Shown here in pieces: positions 59,807 through 64,000 of a DNA stretch of 64,000 bases. Every line of letters starts with the position of its first letter. Within the stretch, counting starts at the first letter, position 1. Made by a program: the position numbers and the translations under genes. The stretch comes from an uncultured Acidobacteriota bacterium (lineage in GTDB: Bacteria > Acidobacteriota > Terriglobia > Acidiferrales > UBA7541), in the NCBI GenBank assembly GCA_963736725.1, contig CAVTPW010000007.1, positions 83,387 to 147,386 on the forward strand, in the 5' to 3' direction. Under the pieces are notes generated by a model. The model had not been told where the DNA came from and made no database searches. It saw only the letters and a program-made list of their open reading frames with translations.

Positions 59807-61699
59807 TCAGTCCGATGCCGCGGCAAATGTCGGAGGAACGTCTTTGTCGCTGGCTTTCCTTTTGGATTCTTTCGGTCCAGCGAACTCGTCACTCCGTGCT
59901 ACCGCCGTGCTCGCCTGACGCTTGGGCAGTTCGATACGGAATGTTGTGCCATGCCCTTCTTCGCTGGACACGCCGATCGTGCCGTGGTGATCGCTGATGA
60001 TCGATTGCACGATCGCAAGACCCAAACCTGTGCCTTGCTGCTTGGTCGTATAGTACGGGGTGAAAAGCCGCGCGCACTCTTCGGGCGTGAGGCCTTCGCC
60101 GGAATCGGAAATCTCGATCAAGACGTTCGGTCCGCGCTCGATGGTTCGTAGGGTAAGCGTGCCGCCTGCAGGCATGACGTCCAGCGCATTCAGCACCAAG
60201 TTTTGAAACGCGCGATGCAGGAGCACCGGGTCGGCATCGATTTCCGGCAGCGCCTCGGTTAGGGCATATTCCGCTGTGATTGCCGGTTTGCCCACGACAT
60301 TAAATTGTGGTTCGAACAAGCGGATAATATTACGTAGCGCTTCGTTCACATCCATGCGCGTGAATTGCGGGACCTGCATTTTCGAAAAATCGCTGAAGCG
60401 GCCCACGATGGCGTTGAGATTGGCAAGCTCGACCTTCAGCGTCGCCGTCGATTCGTTGAAAACTTCCAAGAACTGTTTCGCATCCAGCTGCTTGGCGCGC
60501 TGCAAGTTTTCCACCGTGATTTGCAGCGGAAACAGCGGATTGCGCAATTCGTGCGCCAGCCGACGCGCCAGTTCGCGCCACGCCGCCACGCGTTCGGTTT
60601 GCAGCAAGCGGTCGCGCTGGATCGCCAGCGTCCTGGTCATATCGTTGAAAGCAATGCCCAATTGCCCGATCTCGTCGAGCCCGCGCACGTCAATCCGCGT
60701 GTCCCAACGTCCGGCCGCCACTTCGCGGGAACCTTCGGCAAGCTCCCTCACCGGGCGGGTAATACGCGCGGCAACCCACAAACTCACCAGCAAGCCGATC
60801 AGCAGCGCCCCGGCCGCAACCGCCGCCGAGGTCATCACGATGCGGTTGGTTAGCAGCACCAATTGCCTGCGCGAGCTTCCCACCAAGAGTACGCCGAGCA
60901 GTTCGTTGTTCCGTCCCGACAGCGGCATGGCGTGGAAGGTCTCTGCCGACGCGGCGTCGGAGTTCCAGTTGATGGTGCGCACCAGAGTTTGCGGTTGTTT
61001 CCGAATTTGGTCGATCAGGGGTTGCAGCAGCTCAGGTTGCTCGATGCCCTCTTTCACTCCGCTCAGAAGGGCGGCGGGACTGAAACCGGGATCGAGGTTA
61101 AGATACAAAAACGCGCGCATCCCGGAAGGCAATACCAGGGTCGAAAGAAAATTCAGGTCCAGGCGGCGCCCGCCAATAATATAGAGACTCTTTTCGTTGC
61201 CCCCGGCCACCGAACGCACTGCCGTCAAAGAGAGTGCAGCACTATCGGCAAGCTCTTCTTTCTTCAAGAACGCCAGCGTCGAGTTCCAATCCTTGGTTGC
61301 CTTTACCCAATCATTTTTATAACCGACGTGCGCTGGATTCTGCGCGGAAGAAATTATCGTTCCGTCCCAGCCCACAAGTTCGACAAAGTCCAGCTGGTGG
61401 TCCTGTGCCGCGCCGGTCGCGTCGTGAACATACAAGGATTGGTCCGCGCTCGGTCGCGCCAAATCGATCGCTACGCGCAACGTAATGTCCGCATCGGCAA
61501 TGTTCTTCACCTGCTGGGCGATCCCCATGCCGGCCTGCGTATACTCCTGTCTAAATTGTGCGACGATAGCCTCGGTGCGCTCCCGATCCATTTCTTCGAA
61601 AGTCGCGCGAGCGTACCGCGCCACGCCATACGCGACGATGGAAACCGAGCCGAGGACGGTAAACACGAAGACCAGGAACAGTTTGGTGCGGAAGCTCAC
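59807..61699 (-). CDS. Membrane sensor histidine kinase with HAMP (NtrY-like)
   Basis: Two TM helices, HAMP (DEIGQLGIAFNDM), LAHELRNPL, NLVLNA, DSGEG, YYTTKQQGTGLGL. GTG start. Confidence 0.93.
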   Translation of the reverse strand: MSFRTKLFLVFVFTVLGSVSIVAYGVARYARATFEEMDRERTEAIVAQFRQEYTQAGMGIAQQVKNIADADITLRVAIDLARPSADQSLYVHDATGAAQDHQLDFVELVGWDGTIISSAQNPAHVGYKNDWVKATKDWNSTLAFLKKEELADSAALSLTAVRSVAGGNEKSLYIIGGRRLDLNFLSTLVLPSGMRAFLYLNLDPGFSPAALLSGVKEGIEQPELLQPLIDQIRKQPQTLVRTINWNSDAASAETFHAMPLSGRNNELLGVLLVGSSRRQLVLLTNRIVMTSAAVAAGALLIGLLVSLWVAARITRPVRELAEGSREVAAGRWDTRIDVRGLDEIGQLGIAFNDMTRTLAIQRDRLLQTERVAAWRELARRLAHELRNPLFPLQITVENLQRAKQLDAKQFLEVFNESTATLKVELANLNAIVGRFSDFSKMQVPQFTRMDVNEALRNIIRLFEPQFNVVGKPAITAEYALTEALPEIDADPVLLHRAFQNLVLNALDVMPAGGTLTLRTIERGPNVLIEISDSGEGLTPEECARLFTPYYTTKQQGTGLGLAIVQSIISDHHGTIGVSSEEGHGTTFRIELPKRQASTAVARSDEFAGPKESKRKASDKDVPPTFAAASD

Positions 61700-62156
61700 C
61701 GGCGCGCTCCGCGAGACGCGATCGGCGACTCTACCGGTTGCGGAGCCGATTTAGGCCACGGCGACGCGCAAGGCCCGTCGTCGCAGACTTCGCCTCCAGG
61801 CGCCACGCCGTGATGTTTCAAGAGGTGGGAGTTTTTATTCACGTCCAAACAGAAAGCATATCCTGATAGGCGTCACGACAAAAGCCCCACGACGCGCTCC
61901 CCTGCTTCGCCAGCAACACCGCAACCCGATGGGGACTTCCCGGTGCCGGAAGATCGACAAACATTTTACTTGGCAGGCAACAGCGACAGGGCCGATGATA
62001 ACCCGGCTCTGAAACCGGACTGGCAACCTGCAAGACCTCACTTTTCGCGAAACTATTTCGGAGAAAACAACGTCTCTACTGAAGTGGCATACCGGGTAGC
62101 GTAACTTTCTGTCTAGCTATCAAGTAAACGAGTAGCTCAGCGATACGGGAGAGCCA

Positions 62157-64000
62157 ATGACCAAGCTGCGTCTTCGAGCAGGCGCCTGCGCTTCAATATT
62201 CTTTGCCCTGTTGTTCTGTGCCCATCCGGCAATGATGGGAAAAGCCTCCGCAGCCGCCGACCAAGCGCCTGCCGGACCTACGAAGCTTTTGCGCTACGCG
62301 GATGTCTCCAAAGATTCCGTGGTGTTTTCTTACGCGGGTGATCTGTGGCTGGCCTCCCGCCAGGGTGGCGCGGCCCACCGCCTGACCTCCGGCCCCGGCG
62401 AAAAGCTTTATCCTAAATTCTCTCCGGACGGAAAGTGGATCGCTTTCACCGCCGCGTACGATGGCAACCCGGATGTCTACTTAATTCCGGCTGGTGGCGG
62501 CGAGCCCAAGCGTCTGACATTTCACCCTGCCAACGACATCGTGCTTGGCTGGACGCCCGACGGCCAAAATATATTGTTCCGGTCGGACCGGATCACCGCG
62601 CCGCCGAAACGGACCACGCGACTGTTCCTGGTTTCCACGCAAGGAGGCCTCCCCAAGGCGTTACCCTTGCCGCGGGGGGACCTGACCAGCTTCTCTCCGG
62701 ACGGAAACAAAATCGCCTACCTCGAAACGTCCCAGGAAAACCGCACGTGGAAGCGTTATCACGGCGGCTGGAGCCTCCCGATCGCGATTTACGACCTGCA
62801 AAAGAACACCTACCAAGAACTGCCCAAATCGAGCGGCATGGACCTGTTTCCCATGTGGCACGGGAACACGATCTATTTCATCAGCGATCGCGACGGTGTG
62901 ATGAATCTGTTCGCCTACGATCTGGGAACCAAGCAGACCAAGAAGCTTACCGACTACAAGGAGTACGACGTCAAGTGGCCCAGTCTCGGGCCGGACGCTA
63001 TCGTGTATGAAAACGGTGGCCTGCTCTATGAATTGAGCCTTCCGGACGGCACCTCACGGAACATTCCGATCGAAGTGCACGCCGAAGATTTGGAAGCACG
63101 CCCCGAGTTTAAAAATGTAGCGCAAAATGTCGGAACCTTCGGACTTTCTCCGTCCGGCGCCCGCGCGGTTCTCGAAGCCCGCGGAAATGTTTTCACGGTG
63201 CCCGCCGAGCACGGCAGCATCCGCACGCTCACTGTCGACAATTCCAGCGTGCACGAACTCAATCCGGCGTGGTCCCCGGATGGAAAGTGGATCGCCTATT
63301 TGTCCGATAAAACCGGCGAATACGAGCTTTATCTGAGGCCGCAGATGGGCGGCGAAGATCTTCGCGTCACCACCGACGGTGCGGTTTATCGCTACGGGCC
63401 GGTTTGGTCGCCGGACAGCAAGAAACTGCTCTACTGGGACAAGCTACACAAGCTTTGGTGGATCAACGTCGATGAAAAGAAACCCGTGCAGGTAGATCAA
63501 GGCGACTATGGCGACATCGTCGACGGCAGTTGGTCCCCAGACAGCATGTGGATCGCATATTCCAAAATCGACCGGCGCGGTGCAGGCCAGATGTACCTGT
63601 ATTCACTCGATCCAAAAAAAACCAGCAAAATCTCCGACGGATTTTACAACGACACCAATCCAGTCTTCGATCCCGCCGGCAAATACATTTTCTTTCTGTC
63701 ACAACGCTACTTCTTTCCCAGCTTAGGCCAACTCGACCAGCGCTTCAATTATTACACCACCGATGGAGTCTTCGCGTTGACGCTCACAAACGACGAAGCC
63801 TCGCCGTTCACTCCGCAAAGCGATGAAGAAAAAGCCGCCGCCGATAAGGACAAGGATGCCAAGGACGCGAAGGGCAAGCGCGACGAGGCGAAGGGCACCG
63901 GCAAAGACAACAAGGAAGAACCCAAAAAGGACGAGAAAAAAGAAGAAGCTCCCAAGCCTATTAAGGTCGATCTAGCCGGGATCGCAACCCGGGTCGCGCC
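62157..64000 (+). CDS. Tricorn protease-like S41 peptidase, N-terminal beta-propellers; runs off the window
   Basis: Absent from the ORF track because there is no stop. ATG 62157 gives a signal peptide, then LLRYADV...VFSYAGDLW, PKFSPDGKWIAF, KRLTFHP and later WSPDG repeats. Confidence 0.9.
   Translation, partial: MTKLRLRAGACASIFFALLFCAHPAMMGKASAAADQAPAGPTKLLRYADVSKDSVVFSYAGDLWLASRQGGAAHRLTSGPGEKLYPKFSPDGKWIAFTAAYDGNPDVYLIPAGGGEPKRLTFHPANDIVLGWTPDGQNILFRSDRITAPPKRTTRLFLVSTQGGLPKALPLPRGDLTSFSPDGNKIAYLETSQENRTWKRYHGGWSLPIAIYDLQKNTYQELPKSSGMDLFPMWHGNTIYFISDRDGVMNLFAYDLGTKQTKKLTDYKEYDVKWPSLGPDAIVYENGGLLYELSLPDGTSRNIPIEVHAEDLEARPEFKNVAQNVGTFGLSPSGARAVLEARGNVFTVPAEHGSIRTLTVDNSSVHELNPAWSPDGKWIAYLSDKTGEYELYLRPQMGGEDLRVTTDGAVYRYGPVWSPDSKKLLYWDKLHKLWWINVDEKKPVQVDQGDYGDIVDGSWSPDSMWIAYSKIDRRGAGQMYLYSLDPKKTSKISDGFYNDTNPVFDPAGKYIFFLSQRYFFPSLGQLDQRFNYYTTDGVFALTLTNDEASPFTPQSDEEKAAADKDKDAKDAKGKRDEAKGTGKDNKEEPKKDEKKEEAPKPIKVDLAGIATRVA

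Noticed and set aside
62084-62100. sigma54 promoter for the tricorn gene (TGGCATACCGGGTAGC)
   Set aside because: GG-to-GC spacing is 11 nt, not the required 10.
61700-62156. Fluoride or cobalamin riboswitch in the kinase/tricorn divergent region
   Set aside because: Only isolated fragments match (TGACGCCTA on the minus strand; GGGA...CCGGTG on the plus strand); the required conserved elements are missing.

Overview
Roughly 60% GC core-chromosome window; gene content and unknown-protein families suggest Acidobacteriota (inference). No rRNA, tRNA, CRISPR array, integrase or transposase was recognised. Left to right: partial M13 peptidase, GH3 beta-glucosidase, PP2C phosphatase plus tandem-FHA pair, tripartite RND efflux operon, GT4 plus debranching-enzyme-like pair, S9 peptidase, a ~1870-aa propeller/lectin secreted protein split by one extra base, HIT-rlpA, rhomboid-hypothetical-pgsA-like, scoB/scoA, AraC plus NTF2-like pair, a trpC-F-B-A-chorismate mutase-aroF-tyrA operon, IMPase/PEP-mutase/UDG, two sigma54-type two-component systems, thiO, a polysaccharide deacetylase, an XRE-NfeD-flotillin-small peptide-PspA cluster, and a partial tricorn protease. 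Features missing from the ORF track include a 50-aa membrane peptide gene upstream of pspA, three decayed gene remnants, three +1 frameshifts in exported proteins, and two families of palindromic intergenic repeats whose tags all lie on the minus strand. The best candidates for an undescribed system are (i) a remnant in which a TM-basic-TM hairpin ending in an internal lipobox splits an Ig-like domain, suggesting a lipid-anchoring mechanism, and (ii) the apparently autoregulated flotillin-PspA cluster. All family assignments come from motif recognition by eye; no database searches were run.
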